64,000 nucleotides of DNA, from positions 32,001 to 96,000 of IMG/VR virus record IMGVR_UViG_3300002307_000001; one strand, written 5' to 3'. Below, piece by piece: positions 41,338-50,486 of this stretch. This stretch comes from a virus. The notes beneath the pieces are model-generated. The model was not told where the DNA came from. It saw only the letters and a list, made by a program, of their open reading frames with translations, and made no database searches. A program made the translations under genes and the position numbers. Positions within the stretch are counted from its first letter, which is position 1, and each line of letters begins with the position of its first letter.

Positions 41338-41355
41338 TGTAGTATTGTTACGTTA

Positions 41356-41937
41356 TTATATAGTAGTAAGTGTTGCTATTACATTTGTTGCAGGTGAACA
41401 TGTTGCTGTTCCACTTGTAGTAAATTCAAAAATAAATAGTTGACTAAATTGATTTGCTACAGGCGTAATGGTTAATATGTAATTAGTTGTTGTCAAAAGA
41501 CCGGTAAAAGTACTTGATAATGTTTCTGGAAATGATATAGGTGTCAATACTGTAGTAGCTACTATTGTTGTAGGTGCTGCAGCAGTTGCAAGTTGAACAG
41601 TATATGAATCAATATCAACAGATAAATTACTAAAAGAATATCCTACAGTTGTACTAGTTGGAGATGTAATAACTTCAAGATCAGCAAATCCAATACCTTG
41701 AGATATAGCAGATAAAGGATTATCTGCACCATTTAGATTCTGTATTTGAAAATCATAAATACGATTATTAGCTAAAACTGTTACAGGAGAATTTTCTGGA
41801 ATAGTAATAGTTGTTGCAGAAGATGAGTCAATAAGATATGATGTCCAAATAGAATCACCCATTAAGCGATATTTAACTTTAAAGTTAGTAGTGCCTATTG
41901 TATTGTCGCATATTACTGGTATATGAAAAGTTGCCAT
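41356..41937 (-). CDS. FN3-domain structural protein (start re-called at MATFHIP)
   Basis: FKVKYR...YDFQI and FTGLLTTTNYILTITP FN3 signatures. The ATG at 41937 avoids overlap with the upstream gene. Confidence 0.6.
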   Translation of the reverse strand: MATFHIPVICDNTIGTTNFKVKYRLMGDSIWTSYLIDSSSATTITIPENSPVTVLANNRIYDFQIQNLNGADNPLSAISQGIGFADLEVITSPTSTTVGYSFSNLSVDIDSYTVQLATAAAPTTIVATTVLTPISFPETLSSTFTGLLTTTNYILTITPVANQFSQLFIFEFTTSGTATCSPATNVIATLTTI

Positions 41938-41948
41938 TATTTTAATCT

Positions 41949-42416
41949 TTATGGTAATGTTACTGTTATTGGACCTAATACAGGAGTAGTTGATCCCACA
42001 ATTGGGCATACTGCAACTATTTGACAAAATGCTTGTTTTAGTAATGGAGATGATGCTATTCTTTGAAGAAATGACAACATGTATGTATCACTACAAAGAA
42101 AATTAGCAAAACCTGTTACAGATGCCCCTGCTGCTAAACCAATACATGCAACTTCTGGAAGTATGACACAATCTGATGATATTGTTTCAGCACACTGTGG
42201 GCAATTTATTGGATTTGTAGTACTAGGAGAACTACCTGTAGTAGATACACAGATACCCATTGGATAAGCATTACTTACAGTAAAACTGTAACCAGAAGGA
42301 CAACATCCACATGCTACAGGTTGCGGCATTACAGTATAATCAGGTGGACATCCACATGTATTACCTTGTGCACATTGATTACATATATTAGCAGGTATAG
42401 AACTACAGTTACACAT
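41949..42416 (-). CDS. Cys-rich structural protein
   Basis: CNC, CxxC, CGCPP, CGCCPSGY, CPQCAETISSDCV. Confidence 0.6.
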   Translation of the reverse strand: MCNCSSIPANICNQCAQGNTCGCPPDYTVMPQPVACGCCPSGYSFTVSNAYPMGICVSTTGSSPSTTNPINCPQCAETISSDCVILPEVACIGLAAGASVTGFANFLCSDTYMLSFLQRIASSPLLKQAFCQIVAVCPIVGSTTPVLGPITVTLP

Positions 42417-42418
42417 GG

Positions 42419-43636
42419 TTATTTATAAGCTATATAATTAATAATAAGGGTGCCACTTGTATCAACAGTTCTACCAAAGTTTATTGTTGCACCTCCTGCA
42501 TTAAATGTTATAAAGTAAGGATTAGCAGCAAGTAATGTAGCTGTTTTACCATCACCTGGTTGAACACTTACAAAACTTGGGGTATACGTTAACTCTGATA
42601 TTAATACAAATGATGTTACAGTACCTTCATTTATAGTAGCTGTTCCTACATTGTAAGGACAACAACTACCACAAGGTGATCCTCCCTGTGTTGTTGTATT
42701 GTGTATAACAGTTTTTTGACAAGTTATTCCATATGTTGAGTTTTGTAAATAACTTTCAATAGTTACTGTATAATAATTTGTAGTTGTTGAAAGACTTGTA
42801 GAACTAAGTATAATATCTAAAGATGCACTACCCGGTGTAGAAAGTCCAACAATATCAATAGCTGCACTATATCTATTACCCTGACCATCTGTAATATTTA
42901 TAGTACTATTGTTTCCAGGATCAGTATAATCAGGTGGTATAAATGAATAACCACTAAAGAATACTAATATAGCTGTATTGACAGCACTTGATGTTTTAAC
43001 AATTGGAGAAAAATCAATAATAACCTGACTACATGTTGGTGTTATTGCACCTATGGCATTTGTTATACCTGTACGAGAATCAAGGTATGATATCCACAAG
43101 TTATTAATAGCATCTGCTACAGTTCCAGGAGATGTAACCCACCCTGTTAATCCTGACATTGCACTATTTTGACTAAATGCCGGTGCAGGGTTTAAGAAAC
43201 CTGGTGTTTCTGCTAATATAGCTGATGTAAGAGCACTTGATGTACCTAATACCGGTTTATAATCACAAAGATCTTGTGTTAATAACTCCACCATGTCTGT
43301 TACTAAAATAGCTGAACTACCGTTATAGCAGTAGCCATTTACATAAGGTACAGTTGTGCCGGATATTTCAAGAGCTGTTACTCTTTGATCAAGTGATGTA
43401 ATATTTCCTTGGTACTGTATAAGTATATTATTAACATTATTATACAAATCAATTTGATCACTTAAAATAGCACCTATTCGAGAAATATACCCAGTAGTTG
43501 GACTATCTATAACAATGTTACCCACCATACCAATAGGTAACATCTCTGTTACTATTATACCAGCCTCAGTAAGAAATCTAAGATTTTTAGCTACTACTAA
43601 AGGAGTATTTGATACATATGGTTGTAAAGGTGGCAT
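42419..43636 (-). CDS. Structural (fibre-associated) protein
   Basis: Short coiled coil (ITSLDQRVTALE), TVADAINNLWI motif and beta-rich C-terminus. Confidence 0.55.
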   Translation of the reverse strand: MPPLQPYVSNTPLVVAKNLRFLTEAGIIVTEMLPIGMVGNIVIDSPTTGYISRIGAILSDQIDLYNNVNNILIQYQGNITSLDQRVTALEISGTTVPYVNGYCYNGSSAILVTDMVELLTQDLCDYKPVLGTSSALTSAILAETPGFLNPAPAFSQNSAMSGLTGWVTSPGTVADAINNLWISYLDSRTGITNAIGAITPTCSQVIIDFSPIVKTSSAVNTAILVFFSGYSFIPPDYTDPGNNSTINITDGQGNRYSAAIDIVGLSTPGSASLDIILSSTSLSTTTNYYTVTIESYLQNSTYGITCQKTVIHNTTTQGGSPCGSCCPYNVGTATINEGTVTSFVLISELTYTPSFVSVQPGDGKTATLLAANPYFITFNAGGATINFGRTVDTSGTLIINYIAYK

Positions 43637-43653
43637 ATAAATAATTTTAATAA

Positions 43654-44307
43654 TTATACAAGATTAAATTCAGTTCCTCCAAATGTTATTACAAATTTAT
43701 CATTACTTAAACCAGCAAGTGTATTTGTAATTATAAGTAATTGTAATTGATTTGATCCGGCATCTAATACTAAATAAGCTCTTGCTGTTTTTATAAATCT
43801 TTGGGCAGATTGATCAGAAGAAATATCAACAAGAATTAATTGACTTTTCCAGTTATTTGGAAAACATGTAGCAGGTATAGTAGTAAGTTTTAATAATGCC
43901 CAACCACTAGGTGCTTCAAATCCTATATTAATATTTATTGTCCCTCTTATTTTAAGATTACCATCTGCTGTCCATAAATACATAGGATTATCAGTAGCAA
44001 TGACTAATGTTGGTGATATAAGTGTTGTATAACTTCCACTATAATTATAATATAAAGAACAACCTACACCTGTAACAGAAGATGCTATGTCTAAATTAAA
44101 ATCAACCCAATTCCCAGTAATACAAGGATTAATAGGAGCAGATGATCCACAACATGTTGATTGTAATTGCATAATAACATCTGTAATAGATGCTCCTTTG
44201 CAAATTGATAATCCTGATATTGCAGGACCTCCCCATGCAACACAATTTGAACTGGTAATATCGCTACATGTATTAGACAATAAGTTACTTTTTATAGGAT
44301 CTGCCAT
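43654..44307 (-). CDS. Structural/fibre protein with Cys-containing N-terminal module
   Basis: CSDITSSNCVAWGGP...GASITDVI. C-terminal GNLKIRG...LTTIP beta domain resembling fibre tips. Confidence 0.55.
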   Translation of the reverse strand: MADPIKSNLLSNTCSDITSSNCVAWGGPAISGLSICKGASITDVIMQLQSTCCGSSAPINPCITGNWVDFNLDIASSVTGVGCSLYYNYSGSYTTLISPTLVIATDNPMYLWTADGNLKIRGTININIGFEAPSGWALLKLTTIPATCFPNNWKSQLILVDISSDQSAQRFIKTARAYLVLDAGSNQLQLLIITNTLAGLSNDKFVITFGGTEFNLV

Positions 44308-44314
44308 CTTACTT

Positions 44315-44324
44315 TAAATATACA
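44315..44324 (-). promoter_or_regulatory. Promoter -7-like box (TGTATATTTA), no clear -33
   Basis: Same core as the 24861 and 40289 sites, 7 nt upstream of the ATG at 44307. Confidence 0.45.
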
Positions 44325-44344
44325 AAATTATTTTGAGAAATATA

Positions 44345-44851
44345 CTATATAGTAAAAGTATTTATTAATATCTGATTTACATTTTGTGGCCAGTTAGAAA
44401 TATGACCAAATGCACTCAATGGAGGATTTAATACACATAATCCTTGTGGATACACCTGCCCATAACTCATAATAGTAATATCAGGTGTTATTGCAATAAT
44501 TCCTGTACAACCACTAGGTGATATACAAGGTACACATGATCCTGGTAATAAAGACGAAGGTTGTGTACCTGGTGGACAACCACCTATTGTACAGTAACCA
44601 TTTCCATTTGAATCTACGCCATATGTATAACCCGGTGCACATGTATAACTAGTTTTTGAAACATTCTTACACAGCTCATTATTACAATCATTCAATAATT
44701 GCCAATCAGCTAGTTTTTTTCTAATAAGAGCAAGATAAGGATCTACAATTCTATAACCAACTGTAATGCCCCACTCATCTTTCATATAACCAGCATATGC
44801 AACATTGCAATAATCTTTGTTGATTGTTTTTATTGCTGCTTTGAAATTCAT
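44345..44851 (-). CDS. Structural protein (possible tail hub) with Cys-rich CxPG modules
   Basis: CAPGY...C...CPPGT...CVPC...C. Tail-module synteny. Confidence 0.5.
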   Translation of the reverse strand: MNFKAAIKTINKDYCNVAYAGYMKDEWGITVGYRIVDPYLALIRKKLADWQLLNDCNNELCKNVSKTSYTCAPGYTYGVDSNGNGYCTIGGCPPGTQPSSLLPGSCVPCISPSGCTGIIAITPDITIMSYGQVYPQGLCVLNPPLSAFGHISNWPQNVNQILINTFTI

Positions 44852-45033
44852 GGAGTTGATTTTTTGGCATTTAAAATCTGAGCATCAATACTAGGTTTAC
44901 AAATAACACAGACTGTTCTATTATCTAATGTTTGTGTTCTAGCTATTCCACAAAAACACCGCCCACAACTTGGGCAATGTGTCAAATGTACTTGTTGGTT
45001 CTGCGGTATCATATTAACATCTATTTGGTTCAA
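44848..45033 (-). CDS. Small putative zinc-binding protein
   Basis: CPSCGRCFC...CVIC. ATGA overlap with the next gene. Confidence 0.55.
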   Translation of the reverse strand: MNQIDVNMIPQNQQVHLTHCPSCGRCFCGIARTQTLDNRTVCVICKPSIDAQILNAKKSTP

Positions 45034-45637
45034 AACTCATTTTATCCATTAAACCAATTGCAAACCTGTATAGGTTCATGCCATCGGTAAACTGGTGTTC
45101 ATTTTCTACAGTAGCTTTTGCAGCTATCAGATAATTGTAAATAGTTTCTAAAGATCTTATCTGATAATCTGTTTCCTGACTTGGTAGACAAGGTGTAAGT
45201 CCTATTCTGCAAAGTAAGTTATAATATCTGTTTAATGCTTGTACTATTCTAAGTATTTTATATTCTACAAACACCTGATCATTTGGTGCCACTGAATATC
45301 TGATATTATACATACCATCTGGTAATGCAGGACAACTAGTTCCACAATCAAGTGGTGGACTAATTCCTAACATACATGAATTTAATATAAGCCTAGAATT
45401 TCCATATCTTATATCAATAGATGTAGGTGTATAAAAACCCGGAGAAGTTATCTGTATGTTAGAACAAGATACTTGAAATTTATCACATGGTATTTGATTT
45501 GGAATTGTACCTATTGATGTAGCACTTGTACTTGATGTATTTATGAGATTTGGGTCATATATAGATATGTCATCAATGAGTAATATCCCCTCATTTGTAG
45601 TATCCGGAAAATTAAGTTGTAATATATGCTTTCTCAT
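45014..45637 (-). CDS. Structural protein, probable tail hub
   Basis: LPDGMYNIRYSVAP motif and helical C-terminus. Follows the auxiliary capsid gene as in crAss001. Confidence 0.55.
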   Translation of the reverse strand: MRKHILQLNFPDTTNEGILLIDDISIYDPNLINTSSTSATSIGTIPNQIPCDKFQVSCSNIQITSPGFYTPTSIDIRYGNSRLILNSCMLGISPPLDCGTSCPALPDGMYNIRYSVAPNDQVFVEYKILRIVQALNRYYNLLCRIGLTPCLPSQETDYQIRSLETIYNYLIAAKATVENEHQFTDGMNLYRFAIGLMDKMSFEPNRC

Positions 45638-45645
45638 AATGTATA

Positions 45646-45690
45646 AATAAAGAGAGAGGAAGAGGGTTGATTTCCACCCTTCCCCTCTCT
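45646..45690 (-). terminator. Intrinsic terminator after auxiliary capsid gene
   Basis: AGAGAGGGGAAGGGTG-GAAA-TCAACCCTCTTCCTCTCT hairpin followed by a T-rich tail. Confidence 0.7.
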
Positions 45691-45710
45691 AAGTTATTAA
45701 ATACTATTTA

Positions 45711-47096
45711 TTATATACCACTACCGTCATTAGCGGTTATTTCCAGTGTTACCGGACTAGCCACAGCAGTTAATGCTGCACTAAGAACATCAGTAAATGA
45801 ATTAGTAGTAGTTCCTGTTGGAACATAAACAATCTCAGTATACTCATCATTGTCATGAACAGCCTGGCTATTCTGTGGTCTAAAGATATTGTATACAATT
45901 GCAATACTATCGTAGTAAGCCTGACGATTGATATTATCCAGTATCCAGTTCTGATTTTCAATCTCCCTCATACGGTAGCTATCTACAAAGATGCTATCTG
46001 CAAAGTGATCCTGACGATATCTTTCTGACTGTATAATTTCACGAACAACTTGCTCACCTAATCCCTTTGGATATTTAGGAGCTTGTTTTTCATAAAACAT
46101 GTTAGGTACAGACGTGTTGATTGTTGTATGCCATGTACATGATCCAAAATTATCAAGATTAGAGAAATTTCCGGTCATCAATGAAGCATGACAGAAGATT
46201 GGCTCAATTTCAAAATAATCAGATGGTGTAAATGTACAGTTGTTATAGTTAGTCTGGTAGTAAGAACCTGTTAACTGGAAAGCAGCTATTACTGTTGAAG
46301 GATTAACTGTATTGCATGTATATGCACCTGCTGCTATTACTGCAGCATTTTCAACACTTGTACCATAATTACCAGCAATTGCAGCTTGTAAATCCAGTGC
46401 ACTATAAACCTGTCCAATACCTTTTACAAATACTGCAGGCATAAAGAACTGTGTCAAGTAAGGTATTTCACCTGCATTAGAGTTCATTGATGGGGCACCA
46501 ACACCTGGGTTATAAGTACCATAACGCATGAAATCATTCCATTGCAACATGATACAAGCCGGGTCAACTACAGTTGCTGTACAACCTGAACTGCAATCTG
46601 TACTGCAGCAACCACCATAAGCAGGAAGAGTTACATACAACTGGTGATTAAGAAGACGAAGTGCTGGAGATCCAATAAGATCCAAACGCAGCATATATGA
46701 TTCACCGCAATAGAAAACAGGCCCTACAGTTGAACCAGAACTCTGGTCCCAACCAATTGATACTATTTGCTGTTGTGCAGCTTGAGCTTTTGATTTTATA
46801 AAACGTGTTACCCTACGTGGGTCAATTGCCTTACTGTAATAAGGTGCTTTAAGACCACCATAAAAAGGTGCAATCTTATCAACATCATGCCAACTACCTA
46901 CTACCATTTTCAAAGTAGTGGTTGTGTTACCTGATGTAAGGTTGCCCTCAATACCATTAGGTGCAGTGCAGAAACCAATCACACCTGCTGTCAGGGATTC
47001 AGTTGTACCTGTAGTTTGTGTTGCAATAACGTAACTACCTGGATTACCTGTAACTTTGGCTAGGTAAGCCCGTCTAAACGAATAAGGAAAAATCAT
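45711..47096 (-). CDS. Auxiliary capsid protein (crAss001 gp36-like)
   Basis: Has its own promoter, structured leader and terminator, as expected for an abundant protein. YYSKAIDP and YMLRLDLIGSPALR motifs. Synteny. Confidence 0.65.
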   Translation of the reverse strand: MIFPYSFRRAYLAKVTGNPGSYVIATQTTGTTESLTAGVIGFCTAPNGIEGNLTSGNTTTTLKMVVGSWHDVDKIAPFYGGLKAPYYSKAIDPRRVTRFIKSKAQAAQQQIVSIGWDQSSGSTVGPVFYCGESYMLRLDLIGSPALRLLNHQLYVTLPAYGGCCSTDCSSGCTATVVDPACIMLQWNDFMRYGTYNPGVGAPSMNSNAGEIPYLTQFFMPAVFVKGIGQVYSALDLQAAIAGNYGTSVENAAVIAAGAYTCNTVNPSTVIAAFQLTGSYYQTNYNNCTFTPSDYFEIEPIFCHASLMTGNFSNLDNFGSCTWHTTINTSVPNMFYEKQAPKYPKGLGEQVVREIIQSERYRQDHFADSIFVDSYRMREIENQNWILDNINRQAYYDSIAIVYNIFRPQNSQAVHDNDEYTEIVYVPTGTTTNSFTDVLSAALTAVASPVTLEITANDGSGI

Positions 47097-47160
47097 TTCT
47101 AAAAAATTTTATGTTTCATCCAGGTATCCTGAACGGAGAGAGTATCTTCCCCCCTCAATA

Positions 47161-47191
47161 TTAATATACGTATTATTTGTTTTCTAACAAA
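47161..47191 (-). promoter_or_regulatory. Promoter TTTG-N19-TATATTAA
   Basis: Recurrent motif upstream of the 461-aa gene. Confidence 0.65.
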
Positions 47192-47213
47192 CTATTTTGG
47201 GATATTTTTTATT

Positions 47214-47918
47214 TTAATTCTTAGTTTTTATTGAGTAGAGGTTAAATGTTATTCCTATTCCTACTACTGGCACTATTTTACCGGTATAAGCAATTCCCAA
47301 AAAGGGACCCACAACTGCAAGTGTTTTTGGTATGGCACTTGCATAACTGTATCCTTGTTGTGGTATAAATAATTCGTTGGTATGGTAGATCTTGACGTTG
47401 AGTTCATCTGACCTGAACAATCGCTTAGTAATAACACTAACATAAGTAGCAGTATCAGGAGAAAGCTGCATATGGAAATCACCAATTCGTGTTGCGTAAT
47501 TTCCGTGATAACAGAGGAAATATTCTTTTGTAATGATACTATCAGCAATTGTATGCCTGAAAGTATCCAAGTAAATAGTTTTCGTAGTGGGAGCATGCTT
47601 ATCAATAGTAGTTGTTGTACTTGTAACATCAGATATGCTACCAGGTTTTGCACCAATAGCTTTAGCAATAGAATCTACTATGTGCTTCATTTGTTCGGGT
47701 GTATACAAAGTTCCAGATACTTGTGTATAACCTATCCCTTTTTTATCTGTCTTTTGTTCAGTTGGTTTGTATTTGGGTTGAATTACCTGTACAGGTCCAG
47801 TAACAGGCTGACAACTTCTTATATAAAATACAAGTAGCACTACAATAATTATCATATAACCAAAGTCTTTCCATGCAAAGTCTTTAAGGTAATCTTTCAA
47901 CCATTGTAATGCTATCAT
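47214..47918 (-). CDS. Membrane-anchored, spanin-like lysis protein candidate
   Basis: N-terminal TM ending YIRSC and C-terminal Gly-rich beta-hairpin (VVGPFLGIAY...VVGIGITFNLY). Adjacent to holin-like genes. Confidence 0.5.
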   Translation of the reverse strand: MIALQWLKDYLKDFAWKDFGYMIIIVVLLVFYIRSCQPVTGPVQVIQPKYKPTEQKTDKKGIGYTQVSGTLYTPEQMKHIVDSIAKAIGAKPGSISDVTSTTTTIDKHAPTTKTIYLDTFRHTIADSIITKEYFLCYHGNYATRIGDFHMQLSPDTATYVSVITKRLFRSDELNVKIYHTNELFIPQQGYSYASAIPKTLAVVGPFLGIAYTGKIVPVVGIGITFNLYSIKTKN

Positions 47919-47929
47919 ATGTATTTGTT

Positions 47930-48250
47930 TTATTTGGATATTAAAGAATATCTCTTTCTTAATCCTGTTTGATCCGGCAATATTCCTTCTTCATGAACAA
48001 CAGTAACTGTTTTTTGATCATTACTGTTCTTACAAGGATTCATTCCCTTGATCTGATCTTTTAAATTGTCTATTTCGGTCTTTTGTATTCCATTCTGTAC
48101 CAATAATGTTTCAACTTTACTATCTATTGAATTAAGCTTTTCATAAGCCACTTTTCCAAACCATGCAAAAAATGCAAGAGTGATTCCTAAAAGATAAATA
48201 AATGCTTTGTTATACTCAATATTTCCTTTGTTAGTTGTATCTACAGACAT
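47930..48250 (-). CDS. Single-TM coiled-coil protein (holin/XhlA-like candidate)
   Basis: AFIYLLGITLAFFAWFG TM followed by a heptad region. Confidence 0.5.
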   Translation of the reverse strand: MSVDTTNKGNIEYNKAFIYLLGITLAFFAWFGKVAYEKLNSIDSKVETLLVQNGIQKTEIDNLKDQIKGMNPCKNSNDQKTVTVVHEEGILPDQTGLRKRYSLISK

Positions 48251-48343
48251 TACACTAGTGTTTTATAATATTAAGATAGAAAAACTTTTGGAAAGCACCT
48301 AATAAAATTACAAATTGTTAGTAGTTTTTTAGTGGTTTTTATT

Positions 48344-48613
48344 CTATTCTTGTTTATCACTGTATGGTAAAGCTTCCGGTTTACCATTAACAATCTTACG
48401 TCCCATTAGTATACCTGCTCCTATACCAGTCATTACTACAGATTGTGTAACTAAATTAGTATCTTTAGATATACCACCATATAAAAAACCAAGCCCTCCT
48501 ATAAATACAATATATGCACCTGCTAAAGGTAATATTGAACTTTTACCGTTACTATCACTAAATGCTTGCCCCCAAGAGAAATTAAATAGTTGTTTAATTT
48601 TTTCTATGTTCAT
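48344..48613 (-). CDS. Holin-like two-TM protein
   Basis: SDSNGKSS followed by two hydrophobic helices and a charged C-terminus. Confidence 0.55.
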   Translation of the reverse strand: MNIEKIKQLFNFSWGQAFSDSNGKSSILPLAGAYIVFIGGLGFLYGGISKDTNLVTQSVVMTGIGAGILMGRKIVNGKPEALPYSDKQE

Positions 48614-48618
48614 AAAAA

Positions 48619-50247
48619 TTAATTTACAAATGTTGATGAATATTGTACTGAAGTAGCAGATAATACTCTCCAGTTTAGATTATTAGAAAAAGTTCCTTGC
48701 CACACCCATATTGTCTGACCTGCAGAACTATCTATATCAGTTGCTGTTATGTATTGGTTGTTTTGTGTAGCACCGTTAGCAAGTATAAATGTTGCTCTTG
48801 TGCCAGGAGTTAACGACTTAATTGATGGTGTTGCTATTGATGAATTATTAAGAAATGTCATTGTATTATTAACCATATATGTATTACTTACTGTTAAACC
48901 AATATAACCATTTGATGCTGCCGTACAAATTAATGTATTTACTGTAAATCCAGAAATTCCTGTAAAAGGAAATGCTGGTACTACTCCATTAATTGGTAAG
49001 GTCATTGTTGTAACTAATAATGTAGAATTTAAAATTATTGCAGTAACTGGAATTGTACAAGTAAATGTAGACCATTGAATAAATCCTGAATTTATAGTTA
49101 TATTTCCACTATTTAATGATGCATAACCGCAAACAAATACTGAGGAAGTTGCATTTATAGTTCCAGCAGTATATGTAAATGAGTTACCTATAAAATTGTT
49201 TATAGTTATTGTTCCTGCTGTATTTATAATTAAAGATCCATTTAAACCATTATTTGTCATGTTTAGTGTGCCAGTTCCTGCCATTACAATACTATTTGCT
49301 GAAAGTGAAGGATTTGTAACTGCACCACCTCCATTTGTCAATACTGTTAAATTTCCATTAGCATAAACTGTATAAGCACCATTTATTGTTACAGAACTAT
49401 TTGCTCCTGCATTCTGTAAAGTATTACAAGATGTTAGATTACTACTAATAGTAATATTACAATTTATAGTACCTATAGGACATAGTATAAGTATATAAAA
49501 ATTAATACCTGTACTATTAATAACACTTGTACTATTGGAACTATTTGTATTTAACACAGCATTATTTGCTAATTGTACTGTGCTTGTATTCATATTGGTA
49601 GTACCTGATACATAAATCAAAGATGTAACTCCTGTTATTGTTCCTGTAAAAGAATATGTACCTACACCTGCATCTATTACAATAGGATTAGACAATGCAT
49701 TACTGCCTGTATGAGTTGTATTAGAACCAAATGTAAATTGAGATGTACCAGATACTCCACCTGTTGTTACACCTGTACCACTAAATAATATATTACCATG
49801 TGTAGAATCAGTTCTATTTAATACACACCCTCCACTCAAAGTAGTCGCTCCTGAAAAAGTCCAGTTATCTACAAAAGTTAAAGTAACTGCAGATGAACAT
49901 GTAAATTTTGGTAGAAATGTAAGACCATTACTAGTAAGAGATGATGTTGCATTTACTATCCAAGTACCTGTACCACCAAATAACATGCCTATACCAAGTG
50001 TAACATTACCTGATATAGTCAAATTAACATTTGCAGTAAGTGTACCGGTATAACCTGTAATATTAATACTTTTGCACACACCTGCAGTTGTACTTATAGT
50101 ACATGCACTATTAGAACCACTATTGACTATAACATCATCAGTAGCAGTTGGAATAACACCTGCAGAAGCACCTGATGAAGAACTTGTACTCCAACTAGTT
50201 GTTACATTCCATCCTGTAGCTACGTTTCTATAATATAATGTTGCCAT
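48619..50247 (-). CDS. Tail fibre/spike-like protein, T/S/N/G-rich beta-helix
   Basis: WNVTTSWS...GASVIP-like (GASAGVIPTATDDV) start and beta-solenoid composition with very few charged residues. Confidence 0.65.
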   Translation of the reverse strand: MATLYYRNVATGWNVTTSWSTSSSSGASAGVIPTATDDVIVNSGSNSACTISTTAGVCKSINITGYTGTLTANVNLTISGNVTLGIGMLFGGTGTWIVNATSSLTSNGLTFLPKFTCSSAVTLTFVDNWTFSGATTLSGGCVLNRTDSTHGNILFSGTGVTTGGVSGTSQFTFGSNTTHTGSNALSNPIVIDAGVGTYSFTGTITGVTSLIYVSGTTNMNTSTVQLANNAVLNTNSSNSTSVINSTGINFYILILCPIGTINCNITISSNLTSCNTLQNAGANSSVTINGAYTVYANGNLTVLTNGGGAVTNPSLSANSIVMAGTGTLNMTNNGLNGSLIINTAGTITINNFIGNSFTYTAGTINATSSVFVCGYASLNSGNITINSGFIQWSTFTCTIPVTAIILNSTLLVTTMTLPINGVVPAFPFTGISGFTVNTLICTAASNGYIGLTVSNTYMVNNTMTFLNNSSIATPSIKSLTPGTRATFILANGATQNNQYITATDIDSSAGQTIWVWQGTFSNNLNWRVLSATSVQYSSTFVN

Positions 50248-50486
50248 TAAAATGTTACTATTTCACCTGTTATTATTGTGGGTACAAATTCAATTAGAGC
50301 TGACATTGCTTCAATTTTTGACTGTTCTGAAATAGCTCTGTTTTTTATGTTCTGATCTATTTCTTCATTTGACTCTGGTCTAAAATGAGGAATATCTATT
50401 GTCATTGAACTTGATATAAGTTGCAACTCAACTGTTGTTATTACAGTATCCTCTACATGAGATACGTTAATTATTTTATATGTCAT
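50247..50486 (-). CDS. Small acidic protein (start re-called at MTYKIIN), possible fibre chaperone
   Basis: TAATG overlaps with both neighbouring fibre genes. Confidence 0.55.
   Translation of the reverse strand: MTYKIINVSHVEDTVITTVELQLISSSMTIDIPHFRPESNEEIDQNIKNRAISEQSKIEAMSALIEFVPTIITGEIVTF

Noticed and set aside
41938-42027. Track start for the 223-aa ORF (likewise 50585 for the 112-aa ORF and 63944 for terL)
   Set aside because: The first two extensions overlap upstream genes and better ATGs exist at 41937 and 50486. The terL frame stays open to the window edge.
47273-47668. Embedded o-spanin (131-aa alternate-frame ORF with LLLSDC)
   Set aside because: The lipobox is non-canonical and there is no suitably placed start with a basic n-region. 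Leu-richness is expected for this shifted frame in AT-rich DNA. Not fully excluded.
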